Part shown: positions 20,216 to 29,933 of the stretch, one piece after another
Layout of the letters: every line of letters begins with the position of its first letter
Position numbering within the stretch: position 1 is the stretch's first letter
Source of the DNA: Flavobacteriaceae bacterium UBA5534
Lineage (GTDB): Bacteria; Bacteroidota; Bacteroidia; Flavobacteriales; Flavobacteriaceae
Assembly (NCBI GenBank): GCA_002426015.1
Contig: DINS01000021.1
Location: forward strand, 38,513 to 102,512
Direction: 5' to 3'
DNA: 64,000 nt
Position numbers and translations under genes: made by a program
Notes under the pieces: generated by a model
Seen by the model: only the letters and a program-made list of their open reading frames with translations
Database searches by the model: none
What the model was told of the DNA's origin: nothing

Positions 20216-20899
20216 TTGAACATCATTCCGATAAAAACACCTTTGGTGGTCAAAAAACTATTTCCTGATTATATCTGGGACAAGGCTACCATTGATAAGG
20301 TTTTGTATCTCACTTTTGATGATGGACCAACCCCAGAAATAACCAACTGGACTTTGCAAGAGTTAAAAAAACACAATGCAAAAGCCACTTTTTTTTGCAT
20401 TGGCAATAATATTGAAAAACATCCGAAAATCTTTCAACAGATTCTGGAAGAAGGCCATGCCATCGGTAACCATACACACAACCACATCAAAGGCTGGGAA
20501 ACGAAAACCAAAGATTATATTGAAAACGTTTTGGAAGCTCAAAAAGCAATAAGCAATCAAATTCAAAATTCAAAATTCAACGATTCTGAAATCAACAATC
20601 CTCAATCGTCAATCGTCAAACTTTTCCGTCCACCTTACGGTAGAATCACTCCAAAACAAGGAAAAAAATTAATGGAACAAGGTTACAGCATTATCATGTG
20701 GGATGTATTGTCTTTTGATTGGGACAAAACAATATCTAACGACGATTGCTTTAACAATGTCATTTCTAAAACAAAAAAAGGAAGCATTATTGTATTTCAC
20801 GATAGTGTAAAAGCCAATGAAAGGCTTCAATATGCACTCCCAAAAGTATTGGATTATTTTACTAAAAAAGGTTACGAATTTAAGTCCTTACAAGACTAA
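20216..20899 (+). CDS. polysaccharide deacetylase (CE4) family protein
   Basis: 227 aa with a TTG start. NodB-type motifs LTFDDGP and HTHNH. Confidence 0.8.
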   Translation: MNIIPIKTPLVVKKLFPDYIWDKATIDKVLYLTFDDGPTPEITNWTLQELKKHNAKATFFCIGNNIEKHPKIFQQILEEGHAIGNHTHNHIKGWETKTKDYIENVLEAQKAISNQIQNSKFNDSEINNPQSSIVKLFRPPYGRITPKQGKKLMEQGYSIIMWDVLSFDWDKTISNDDCFNNVISKTKKGSIIVFHDSVKANERLQYALPKVLDYFTKKGYEFKSLQD

Positions 20900-21192
20900 A
20901 TATACTCTTGTATTATACCTATTAAGGTATTGGCATCTTGCTCTCCACTATGTCGCCATTTCATCTCACCACTTTTATAAATAATGAGTGTTGGCAATCC
21001 TTTGACGCGCAATGCTTCTGCCAACTCTTTGTTTTTGTCAACATCTATTTTGATGACCTTGGCTTTGTCGCCAAGTGCAGCAGCTACATCTCTTAGCACA
21101 GGATGCATTGCAGTAGATTGTTCGTTCCATTCTGTAAAAAAATCCAACAAAACAGGAATATCGACATCTATTAATTCCCCAAATTTTGACAT
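20896..21192 (-). CDS. thioredoxin-fold protein lacking the CxxC active site
   Basis: 98 aa and thioredoxin-like throughout (LDFFTEW....MHPVL...GLPTLIIYKSGE). The WCGPC position reads WNEQS and the protein contains no cysteine. Confidence 0.7.
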   Translation of the reverse strand: MSKFGELIDVDIPVLLDFFTEWNEQSTAMHPVLRDVAAALGDKAKVIKIDVDKNKELAEALRVKGLPTLIIYKSGEMKWRHSGEQDANTLIGIIQEYI

Positions 21193-21294
21193 ACATTAAA
21201 GGTTTAAGTCAAATGCGTTATTACAAACCTACATATTTTTTTTTATATTAAGCTATATCCTATACAAATAGGTTGCTTTTACTGAATAATTAGA

Positions 21295-22539
21295 TTAAGA
21301 AATTTGCGTTTTTGACCCTTTTTTGAGTTCAATCACTGTAATTTCTGGCCAAATCCCTACGCGCCCAGGAAATGCATGATACCCAAATCCTCGATTGACA
21401 TTGATATATCTGCCAAATTCTTCATACAGCCCAGCCCATTGTTTATAGACATATTGCGAAGGGCTCCATCTAAAAAACCCAGGAATTTCAATCCCCATTT
21501 GCAAACCATGTGTGTGACCACTTAAGGTTAGATGATAATTGAAATCGTTTTGCTTCACTTTGTATTCCCAATGAGAAGGGTCGTGTGATAATAAAATTTT
21601 AAAATCTTCTTTATTGATTCCTGTTGATGCTATTGCCAAATCTCCAGCTTGATTAAAACCTTTTCCCCAATTTTCTATCCCTACAATAGCTATTTTTTGA
21701 CCATCTTTTTCAATATATCGATGTTCATTCAACAATAAATCAAACCCTATTTTTGGATGAATATCTTTGACTGCCTGAAAATTATTCTTTTTGTCTTCTT
21801 TGGTATTCCAATTGACATAATCACCATAGTCATGATTACCCAAAATAGAAAACTTTCCTAAAGGCGCATCGAGTTGTTTAAACACCTCAATCCAAGTATC
21901 CATTTCATCTGCTTTGTTATTGACAATATCACCTGTGAACAGCATAATATCTGACTTTTGCTCATTAATTAAATCGACACCATACTGAATTTTTTCTTTG
22001 TTGGTAAAACTTCCTGAATGGATATCGGATATTTGAGTAATGGTCAAGCCATCAAAAGCATCTGGTAAATCGTCAAATGTCAATTGGTACTTTAATACTT
22101 TATAATTATAGCGTCCTTGGATAATCCCATACAGAAAAGATGCAAAAGGTATCGCCGCAAGACCTAACGCTATTTTAGAGATAAAAGCCCTCCTACTGGC
22201 CAAAGGTTTTGTGTCACCAGCACTTATCCACGATATTGTTTTTTGAACAACCCTAATGATATCTTCTCCAAACATCATAACAACTAAAACCAACTTGGGA
22301 ATTAGAAATGTGAGTAATAATCCAGCGGCCAATTGAAAACCTTGTGTTTGACCAGAGCTTCTTGGTGTTGAAAATAGGGTATAAAACAGATTGAGGTAAA
22401 CTACCAATGCTACAACAATCCAAATCCATTTGATAACTTTATTCTTTGTGAGCGTTTTAATAGCCTGAAAAGCATAAAATTCAATGAAAAAAAATAAAGC
22501 AGAAAATATGAGTAATGGAATAATGAAACGCGCCATCAA
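21295..22539 (-). CDS. membrane-anchored metallophosphoesterase
   Basis: 414 aa. N-terminal TM helices. Calcineurin-like motifs DIHSG, GDIVNN, GNHDY and GHTHG. Confidence 0.8.
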   Translation of the reverse strand: MMARFIIPLLIFSALFFFIEFYAFQAIKTLTKNKVIKWIWIVVALVVYLNLFYTLFSTPRSSGQTQGFQLAAGLLLTFLIPKLVLVVMMFGEDIIRVVQKTISWISAGDTKPLASRRAFISKIALGLAAIPFASFLYGIIQGRYNYKVLKYQLTFDDLPDAFDGLTITQISDIHSGSFTNKEKIQYGVDLINEQKSDIMLFTGDIVNNKADEMDTWIEVFKQLDAPLGKFSILGNHDYGDYVNWNTKEDKKNNFQAVKDIHPKIGFDLLLNEHRYIEKDGQKIAIVGIENWGKGFNQAGDLAIASTGINKEDFKILLSHDPSHWEYKVKQNDFNYHLTLSGHTHGLQMGIEIPGFFRWSPSQYVYKQWAGLYEEFGRYINVNRGFGYHAFPGRVGIWPEITVIELKKGSKTQIS

Positions 22540-22596
22540 AAAAATCTTTTTTCAAAGATACTTCAATTAAACTGTTATTAAAATCTTATGATTAAA

Positions 22597-22627
22597 TTTA
22601 ACCATCCCTTAAGATTTAGTATATTTC
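22597..22627 (+). promoter_or_regulatory. near-consensus promoter upstream of the GH92 gene
   Basis: TTTA (22597-22600), 19-nt spacer, then TATATTTC (22620-22627). This supports the ATG at 22654 as the true start. Confidence 0.35.
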
Positions 22628-22653
22628 GGAAGCATTTTGAACAAGTATCACAA

Positions 22654-25611
22654 ATGAGAGTATTTTTATCATTACTTTTTGCCTTTTTTCTAATCGTTGG
22701 CTGCAACAATAAGCCCAAAACCGAACCTGCAAAGAAGGATACATCATTAATTTCTTATGTCAATCCATTTATAGGAACAGGTGGTCATGGACACACCTAT
22801 CCAGGAGCAACCATGCCTTTTGCGATGATGCAATTGAGTCCAGACACGCGTCTGGATGGTTGGGATGGCTGTTCGGGCTATCATTTCAGTGACAAACACA
22901 TTTATGGATTTTCTCATACACACTTAAGCGGAACAGGCGTGAGTGATTATGGCGATATTTTATTGATGCCAACAACGAGTGTACAGTTCAACAATGGAAG
23001 TGATGGCAAAAAAGGCTATCGTTCAAGATTTTCGCATAAAAACGAGGTAGCTCAACCAGGATTTTACAAAGTATTATTAGACGATACAAGTGTCGACGTT
23101 GAATTGACCGTATCTGAACGTTCTGGGATTCACAAATACCAATATCCAACTGCGCAAAATCAAATGTTGATTCTCGATTTGTTGCATCGTGATGAATTAT
23201 TGAGCGGAAGCATCAAACGAATTTCTGATACAGAGCTTTCTGGTCATCGTCATTCAAAAGCTTGGGCAAAACAGCAAAAACTTTATTACTATATCAAGTT
23301 TTCACACCCTATTTCGGTCGATTTGGGAGCTTCTAAAAGTCAATACAAAAACAAAAAAGCAGCGTTCCAGTTTGATAATCCTAAAAATGAGCCAGTTTAT
23401 GTCAAAATCGGTATCAGTCCAGTAGATGAAGAAGGTGCTCGCAAAAACATGGAAACCGAAATTGGCGATAAAACCTTTGATCAAATAAAAGAAATTGCAC
23501 AATCCACTTGGGAGAAACAACTCGAAAAAATTGTTGTTGAAAGCGATAACAAAGATTATAAGACCAACTTTTATACTGCATTGTACCACACGATGATTGC
23601 GCCAAATCTCTATCAAGATGTGGATGGTCGCTATCGAGGTATGGATTTAAAAGTGCACGAAACCAAAAAATTTGACTATTATACTGTGTTTTCCCTTTGG
23701 GACACTTATAGAGCAGCACATCCACTATACACCATCATTGAGCAAGAACGCACCAATGATTTTGTAAACACATTTATTTCTAAATATAACGAAGGCGGCA
23801 TTATGCCCATTTGGGATTTATCTGGCAATTATACAGGCTGCATGATTGGTTACCATGCTGTTCCTGTCATTGCTGATGCTTATCTGAAAGGTATAAGAGG
23901 TTACGACGCTGAAAAAGCTTTTGAAGCCATGAAATTTTCTGCGACACGCAATTGGCAAGGGTTAAAATCATATAAAGAATTTGGTTTTGTTCCAGTAGAA
24001 GAAGAAAGCGAATCGGTTTCAAAAACCTTGGAGTATGCTTATGATGATTGGACGATAGCCAAAATGGCTAAAGAAATGGGCAAGGATGACGATGAAGAAT
24101 TATTTACCAAGCGTGCACAATATTACAAGAACGTTTATGACCCAGAAAGCAAATTTATGCGAGGTCGTTTTCGCAATACGTGGTTTTCCCCTTTCGATCC
24201 CTATGAAGTCAATTTCAACTATACCGAAGCCAACGCATGGCAATACAGTAATTATGTGCCACAGGACATTTCTGGGTTAATGAAGTTAATGGGCGGAAAA
24301 GACTCATTAGACCAACAATTGGATGTTTTATTCACTGCAAAGTCAGAAACTTCAGGTCGTAACCAAGCCGATATTACAGGATTGATTGGTCAATATGCAC
24401 ACGGTAATGAGCCAAGTCATCACATGGCTTATTTATATAATTTTGTAAATAAACCCTACAAAACACAAGAAAAAGTACATCAAATTTTGACTACACTTTA
24501 TAAAAATGCTCCTGATGGCATTTCGGGTAATGAAGATTGTGGTCAGATGAGTGCTTGGTACGTCTTTAGCGCTATGGGATTTTATCCTGTGACACCAGGC
24601 TCCAATCAATATATTATCGGAACACCTTTGTTTAAGAAAACAACAATTAACCTTGAAAATGGCGAAAAGTTCCATATCAAAGCATATGATGTAAGTGATG
24701 AGAAGAAATACATTGCGTTTGCAAAGCTAAACGGAAGAACATTAAATGAAACCTACCTCTCTCATGAAGACATTATGGAAGGTGGCACTTTAGAACTTTG
24801 GATGACTGACCAACCAACAGACTGGGGAACATCAGAAGGGGACGAACCCATTACCGAAATTGATGATTATGTGATCGTGCCTGCGCCTTTCATTGCAAAA
24901 GGTGATGTGGCTTTCAAAAATGAAACAGAAATTACTTTAGCAAATGCAGATGCAGATGCTTCTATTTTTTATACATTGAACGATTCAACCTTTATAAAAT
25001 ATGAACAGCCTTTCAAGATAGCTGAACCAACTATTTTGAAGGTGTATTCTGAAAAAGATGATGAAAAAAGTGCAATCATAACGACGTCGTTTTATAAAAT
25101 TGACCCTAACGTGTCTATTGTTCTAAAAACAGACTATGCCAATCAATATAATGGTGGTGGACAAACCGCTCTCATTGATGGTATAAAAGGTACTAAAGAT
25201 TTTAGGACTGGTTCTTGGCAAGGCTATCAAGATAAAGATTTGGTGGCTATTGTCGATTTGGGATCTAACAAACCAATCGAAAATGTGAGTGTCAACTTTT
25301 TACAAGATCAACGTTCTTGGATATTTTATCCTACCGAAGTGCTCTGTTATGTATCGAGTGATAATCAAAATTATCAATTGATATCGAGCCAAAAAATTGA
25401 TGCGACCAAAGGTTCAGAAAAAGCAGACATAAAAACCATTCAATTTGATTTAAAAAACAAAAAAGCACAATACCTTAAAGTCGTTGCAAAAAAACTTGGC
25501 AAACTACCAAAATGGCATCTTGGCTATGCATCTGATGGTCGCAGTTGGTTGTTTGTGGACGAAATCAGCGTTAAAGTCGGCAGTTTACAGTCTTCAGTTG
25601 GCAGTCAGTAA
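22654..25611 (+). CDS. GH92 family alpha-mannosidase with C-terminal Fn3-associated and discoidin (F5/8 type C) domains; lipoprotein
   Basis: Start chosen at MRVFLSLLFAFFLIVGC (lipobox). GH92 signatures are present (GTGGHGHTYPGA, FSHTHLSGTG, GNEPSHH, GNEDCGQMSAWY). Confidence 0.85.
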   Translation: MRVFLSLLFAFFLIVGCNNKPKTEPAKKDTSLISYVNPFIGTGGHGHTYPGATMPFAMMQLSPDTRLDGWDGCSGYHFSDKHIYGFSHTHLSGTGVSDYGDILLMPTTSVQFNNGSDGKKGYRSRFSHKNEVAQPGFYKVLLDDTSVDVELTVSERSGIHKYQYPTAQNQMLILDLLHRDELLSGSIKRISDTELSGHRHSKAWAKQQKLYYYIKFSHPISVDLGASKSQYKNKKAAFQFDNPKNEPVYVKIGISPVDEEGARKNMETEIGDKTFDQIKEIAQSTWEKQLEKIVVESDNKDYKTNFYTALYHTMIAPNLYQDVDGRYRGMDLKVHETKKFDYYTVFSLWDTYRAAHPLYTIIEQERTNDFVNTFISKYNEGGIMPIWDLSGNYTGCMIGYHAVPVIADAYLKGIRGYDAEKAFEAMKFSATRNWQGLKSYKEFGFVPVEEESESVSKTLEYAYDDWTIAKMAKEMGKDDDEELFTKRAQYYKNVYDPESKFMRGRFRNTWFSPFDPYEVNFNYTEANAWQYSNYVPQDISGLMKLMGGKDSLDQQLDVLFTAKSETSGRNQADITGLIGQYAHGNEPSHHMAYLYNFVNKPYKTQEKVHQILTTLYKNAPDGISGNEDCGQMSAWYVFSAMGFYPVTPGSNQYIIGTPLFKKTTINLENGEKFHIKAYDVSDEKKYIAFAKLNGRTLNETYLSHEDIMEGGTLELWMTDQPTDWGTSEGDEPITEIDDYVIVPAPFIAKGDVAFKNETEITLANADADASIFYTLNDSTFIKYEQPFKIAEPTILKVYSEKDDEKSAIITTSFYKIDPNVSIVLKTDYANQYNGGGQTALIDGIKGTKDFRTGSWQGYQDKDLVAIVDLGSNKPIENVSVNFLQDQRSWIFYPTEVLCYVSSDNQNYQLISSQKIDATKGSEKADIKTIQFDLKNKKAQYLKVVAKKLGKLPKWHLGYASDGRSWLFVDEISVKVGSLQSSVGSQ

Positions 25612-25691
25612 TTATTAGCCTAAAACTGAAAAATATTCGTGTACTGGTGGCAAAAAAAAAAATTTAACTATTAAACCTGGAATTTAAAAAT

Positions 25692-27002
25692 ATGACCCAA
25701 CAAAAATCCTATCGTTCTTCCTTTATATTGCTAACCACCTTATTCTTCCTTTGGGGATTTATAACCGTATTGGTCGATTCATTGATTCCAAGGCTTCGTG
25801 AGCTGTTTACACTGACTTATTTTCAGGCTGGATTGGTACAGTTTGCGTTTTTTGGAGCCTATTTCTTGCTGTCGATTCCTGCAAGTTATATCCTTTCAAA
25901 AATTGGTTATAAAAGAGGGATCATTCTTGGATTATGTACAATGGCATTGGGTTGTTTACTGTTTTATCCTGCAGCTTCCTATCGTGTGTTTGGTGTTTTT
26001 ATGTTGGCCTATTTTATTTTGGCTGGTGGCATGACCATATTGCAAGTGGCAGCCAATCCGTATGTCGCTGTTTTAGGAACTGAAGATGGAGCATCGAGTC
26101 GATTGAACCTATCACAAGCTTTCAACTCTTTAGGAACAGCTATTGCTCCAATTATTGGTGCTTTATTTATATTGAGTGATACCATTAAAACGGAAGGTGA
26201 AATCGCTGCACTTTCTGGTAACGAAAAAGGATTGTATCTCGCTACAGAAGCTGCTGCAGTACAAAAACCGTTTGTAGGATTGGCTATTTTTATCTTTATC
26301 ATCGCAGGTATTTTCTTTTTTGCTAAACTTCCAAAACTCATCAATGAAAAAACCGTCGGCACCTATGGCGATGCTCTCAAAAACAAGAATTTAATGATGG
26401 GAGTTCTCGGTATCTTTTTCTATGTTGGTGCCGAAGTGGCCATTGGTAGTTATTTAGTAAATTATTTCTTGGATATGAATCTCGTAGAGGTTATTAAAGA
26501 AAATGGTTTTATGAAATCCATAGCAGAAGGTTTGTTGAGTTCTGGAATTACTGAAAATGACAATAAAGCCATTGTTGGCGTCTTTGTGACCTTCTATTGG
26601 TCTGGTGCGATGATTGGTCGATTTGTAGGTGCTTACCTCACTAAAATTATGAAACCAGGAAAGGTTTTAGGTATTTTTGCAACCATAGCAATCACCTTGA
26701 TTTTAATTTCTATCAGTACCACTGGTTTGGTAAGTATGTGGAGTATCTTGGCAGTCGGATTATTCAACTCTATAATGTTCCCAACCATATTTACATTGGC
26801 AATTGATGGTTTGGGCGAATTGAAACCAAAAGCTTCAGGCTTGTTATGTACAGCTATTGTTGGAGGTGCTATCATTCCACCAATGTTTGGGTTTTTAACT
26901 GATCATATTGGCTTTAAGTCATCATTGATTTTTGTAATGTTGTGTTACGGTTATATCCTATATTTTGGATTTAGAAATAGTAAAAAACAAGTTGTATTAT
27001 GA
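25692..27002 (+). CDS. MFS sugar transporter, FucP / glucose-galactose transporter type
   Basis: 436 aa with 12 predicted TM helices. FucP-like N-terminus (FILLTTLFFLWGFITVLVDSLIP). Confidence 0.8.
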   Translation: MTQQKSYRSSFILLTTLFFLWGFITVLVDSLIPRLRELFTLTYFQAGLVQFAFFGAYFLLSIPASYILSKIGYKRGIILGLCTMALGCLLFYPAASYRVFGVFMLAYFILAGGMTILQVAANPYVAVLGTEDGASSRLNLSQAFNSLGTAIAPIIGALFILSDTIKTEGEIAALSGNEKGLYLATEAAAVQKPFVGLAIFIFIIAGIFFFAKLPKLINEKTVGTYGDALKNKNLMMGVLGIFFYVGAEVAIGSYLVNYFLDMNLVEVIKENGFMKSIAEGLLSSGITENDNKAIVGVFVTFYWSGAMIGRFVGAYLTKIMKPGKVLGIFATIAITLILISISTTGLVSMWSILAVGLFNSIMFPTIFTLAIDGLGELKPKASGLLCTAIVGGAIIPPMFGFLTDHIGFKSSLIFVMLCYGYILYFGFRNSKKQVVL

Positions 27003-27997
27003 AACGCAGAAACTTTCTAAAGAACGCATCACTTACAGGAGTCGGATTGGCAGTTGGAAGCACGCTGGTTAATTGTGGAAATCCTAAAGAAGGAAAACCA
27101 ATAGTGACTTCGAATGAAAAAGCTTCTTTACCTTTAGTCATCGCCACTTGGGATGTTAAGAATGCGACTGCCAAAGCTTGGGAGATACTGCAAGCAGGTG
27201 GCAATGCACTCGATGCTGTTGAACAAGGTTGCCGAGTGGAAGAAGCCGACGAAAAAGGCCAATCAGTTGGCAAAGGTGGCTTACCAGACAGAGATGGCAA
27301 TGTTACTTTGGATGCATGTATCATGGACAAACATGGCAATTGTGGCGCTGTCGTTTATCTTCAAAATGTGGTGCATGCGGTTTCTGTAGCTCGGAAAGTG
27401 ATGGAAGACACACCTCACGTCATGCTTGCTGGTCATGGGGCTGAACAATTTGCCTACGAAATGGGTTTCCCTAAAGAAAACTTATTGACAGAAGCCTCCA
27501 AGAAAGCATGGGAAGAATGGAAAGTGACCTCACAATACAAACCCATCATCAATATCGAAAATCACGACACCATTGGTATGTTAGCTATTGACAAAAATGG
27601 TGATATTTCTGGCGCTTGCACTACAAGTGGCTTGGCATATAAAATGGCTGGACGTGTTGGCGACTCTCCTATTATTGGTTCTGGATTATTTGTTGATAAT
27701 GAAATTGGAGCTTGCGTTGCAACAGGATTGGGTGAAGAAGTCGTTAAAACCGTTGGTAGCTTTTTGGTAGTTGAATTGATGCGTCAAGGCAAAACACCTC
27801 AAGAAGCATGCGAGGAAGCCATCAGCAGAATTGTCAATAAGCCGAATAGCAACTACAAAGATTTTCAGGTTGGCTACATAGCTGTGAATAAGCAAGGCAT
27901 TACTGGTTCATACTCAATTCATCAATGGTTTAGCATGACCAAATATCAGGATGGAACGAATGAACAGATACAATCTGATTATTTTAATAAAACATAA
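26999..27997 (+). CDS. N4-(beta-N-acetylglucosaminyl)-L-asparaginase (glycosylasparaginase), Ntn hydrolase
   Basis: 332 aa with a Tat-like signal (MKRRNFLKNASLTGVGLAV). Autoprocessing motif HDTIGM. 4-nt ATGA overlap with the MFS gene. Confidence 0.85.
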   Translation: MKRRNFLKNASLTGVGLAVGSTLVNCGNPKEGKPIVTSNEKASLPLVIATWDVKNATAKAWEILQAGGNALDAVEQGCRVEEADEKGQSVGKGGLPDRDGNVTLDACIMDKHGNCGAVVYLQNVVHAVSVARKVMEDTPHVMLAGHGAEQFAYEMGFPKENLLTEASKKAWEEWKVTSQYKPIINIENHDTIGMLAIDKNGDISGACTTSGLAYKMAGRVGDSPIIGSGLFVDNEIGACVATGLGEEVVKTVGSFLVVELMRQGKTPQEACEEAISRIVNKPNSNYKDFQVGYIAVNKQGITGSYSIHQWFSMTKYQDGTNEQIQSDYFNKT

Positions 27998-28016
27998 TTG
28001 CTAATACCAACATCTC

Positions 28017-29429
28017 TTAAAACCACTTCAAGGTCAAATCAATCAACTTCTGCTTAAAATTATTATAAGGAGGATACAACAAATCGGTGGCTCCCATTGT
28101 GTGTTGTTTCACTAATGAACGTCTATTAGAGAATGCCTCAAACCCAAAAAACCCATGTGATTTTCCGATGCCGCTATTATTGCTTCCTCCAAAAGGCAAA
28201 TTGGGATTCAAGAACTGTAGTAGATTGTGATTGATGCAACCAGTACCAGCTCTGGTGTTGTTCATGATGTAATCAATGTTCTTTTTGTTCTTGCTGTAAA
28301 TATAGAGTGCTAAAGGTTTTTCTTTAGAGTTGATATAATCAACCGCCTCCTCAATTTTTGAATAGGTCTTAACAGGAAGTATTGGGCCGAAAATTTCATC
28401 TTGCATCAATTGAGATGCTTCAGGTGCATTAAAAACCAACGTAGGTTCGATGTAATTATCTTCCAAATTGAAATTTCCTCCAGAAACAATTATCGCTTGA
28501 TTTTGTTCAGCCTCCTCAATATAAGACTTCAGCCTTTCAAAATGCTTTAGATTGACAATCCTACAATAAGAGTTTGAGGTTTCAGCGTTTTCATTATAAA
28601 ATTTAACAATTTTTGATTTGAAAATTTTAGTAAATTCATCTTTCAAATCAGACTTGAGCAAAATATAATCTGGCGCAATGCAGGTTTGTCCTGCATTGGT
28701 GAACTTGCCAAAAATGATTTTTTGGACTGCTTTCTCTAAACTCGAGCTACCATCGATAATGGTAGGCGATTTACCTCCCAATTCTAACGTTACAGATGTT
28801 AGATGTTGGCTTGCTGCTTTCATCACTATTTTTCCAACTTGTGGCGAACCTGTAAAAAAGATATGATTAAATGGGAGTTTCAATAATTCTTGCGACACCT
28901 CAACATCACCTTCTACCAAAGCGATTTCATCTTCCCTAAACAGGTCTTTAATTATCATCGCCATCACTTTTGAAATATTTAAAGTCTGTTCTGATGGCTT
29001 TATAATGACTGTATTTCCAGCTGCAATGGCAGAAACCAAAGGGCTAAAGGTCAAATTAATAGGAAAATTCCAAGGAGAGATAATCAAGCAAATACCTTTC
29101 GGTTCATATTTAATATAAGAGGATGCTCCAAGTAAAGCCAGAGGTGTGTCAACCTTTTGCAGTTTCATCCAAGATTTTAGGTGCTTCTTGATAAATTTGA
29201 TTTCACTCAACACTGGATAGATTTCGGTCAGGTCAACTTCTAATTTTGGTTTTTTGAAATCGTCATACATCGCTTTTCGAATAGCCTCTTTATAAGTTGT
29301 CTCTAAAGCAATCTTTAATGCATTCAATTTTTTGACACGCTCTTTATAGGTAGTGCTTCCTATTTTAAATTGATTGGTTTTTTGAGTATTAAATAATTCT
29401 AAAAACCTGTTATCCTTATAATCTTCCAT
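28017..29429 (-). CDS. NAD(P)-dependent aldehyde dehydrogenase (ALDH3-like)
   Basis: 470 aa. Motifs ELGGKSP and catalytic Cys in GQTCIAPDY. Confidence 0.9.
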   Translation of the reverse strand: MEDYKDNRFLELFNTQKTNQFKIGSTTYKERVKKLNALKIALETTYKEAIRKAMYDDFKKPKLEVDLTEIYPVLSEIKFIKKHLKSWMKLQKVDTPLALLGASSYIKYEPKGICLIISPWNFPINLTFSPLVSAIAAGNTVIIKPSEQTLNISKVMAMIIKDLFREDEIALVEGDVEVSQELLKLPFNHIFFTGSPQVGKIVMKAASQHLTSVTLELGGKSPTIIDGSSSLEKAVQKIIFGKFTNAGQTCIAPDYILLKSDLKDEFTKIFKSKIVKFYNENAETSNSYCRIVNLKHFERLKSYIEEAEQNQAIIVSGGNFNLEDNYIEPTLVFNAPEASQLMQDEIFGPILPVKTYSKIEEAVDYINSKEKPLALYIYSKNKKNIDYIMNNTRAGTGCINHNLLQFLNPNLPFGGSNNSGIGKSHGFFGFEAFSNRRSLVKQHTMGATDLLYPPYNNFKQKLIDLTLKWF

Positions 29430-29604
29430 TTAATCGTTAACGTATTTATTGGGCTACGAGCCGAATTTGTGCATTTCGTCGATGTTTTTTGTGTTGGTGT
29501 TCATTTAACCGTTTATCGATGTTTTTTATCTAATTTATTATTTTTCACTGACTTTGTGATGTTTCTTTGACTTGTAATTGAAACCAAAAATAAATTTAAT
29601 AGTC

Positions 29605-29856
29605 ATGAAAAAAGTTTTAATCCTTATCTCATTTATTGCTTTGCCTCTAATTTCTGTAGGACAAAATAATACATCTGATGCTTTAAAGCAAAATGACTCT
29701 ACCGCTACAATTAAAACTGACGAAAAAACAGTTTTAAGTTCTGAAATGAAAGCTGAAGTAAACGAGATCAACTACAAAAAAAGTAATGATATCATCAGCA
29801 TAAAAGCTTACAGAAAAAGTCTTCAAATTAAGGTAAAAGAAATTAAAAATTGTTAA
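29605..29856 (+). CDS. small secreted hypothetical protein
   Basis: Start moved to MKKVLILISFIALPLISVGQ (signal peptide). No recognisable domain. Confidence 0.4.
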   Translation: MKKVLILISFIALPLISVGQNNTSDALKQNDSTATIKTDEKTVLSSEMKAEVNEINYKKSNDIISIKAYRKSLQIKVKEIKNC

Positions 29857-29891
29857 TCAGACAATTTTAAGACACCCTTCTATTCATATTT

Positions 29892-29933
29892 AAATTCGAG
29901 CTATATCAATATTGAAATAGCTCGAATTTTTTT
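29892..29933. terminator. bidirectional terminator shared by the small ORF and cphA
   Basis: TTCGAGCTATatcaatattgaaATAGCTCGAA flanked by aaa and ttttttt. Confidence 0.7.

Noticed and set aside
22588-22653. 22-codon N-terminal extension of the GH92 gene.
   Set aside because: A lipoprotein signal peptide begins at the ATG at 22654, and a near-consensus promoter lies within the proposed extension.
26971-27339. 122-aa minus-strand ORF spanning the junction between the MFS and glycosylasparaginase genes.
   Set aside because: It is antisense to two well-supported genes, and its Pro/Ser/Ala-rich composition is typical of an out-of-frame shadow.
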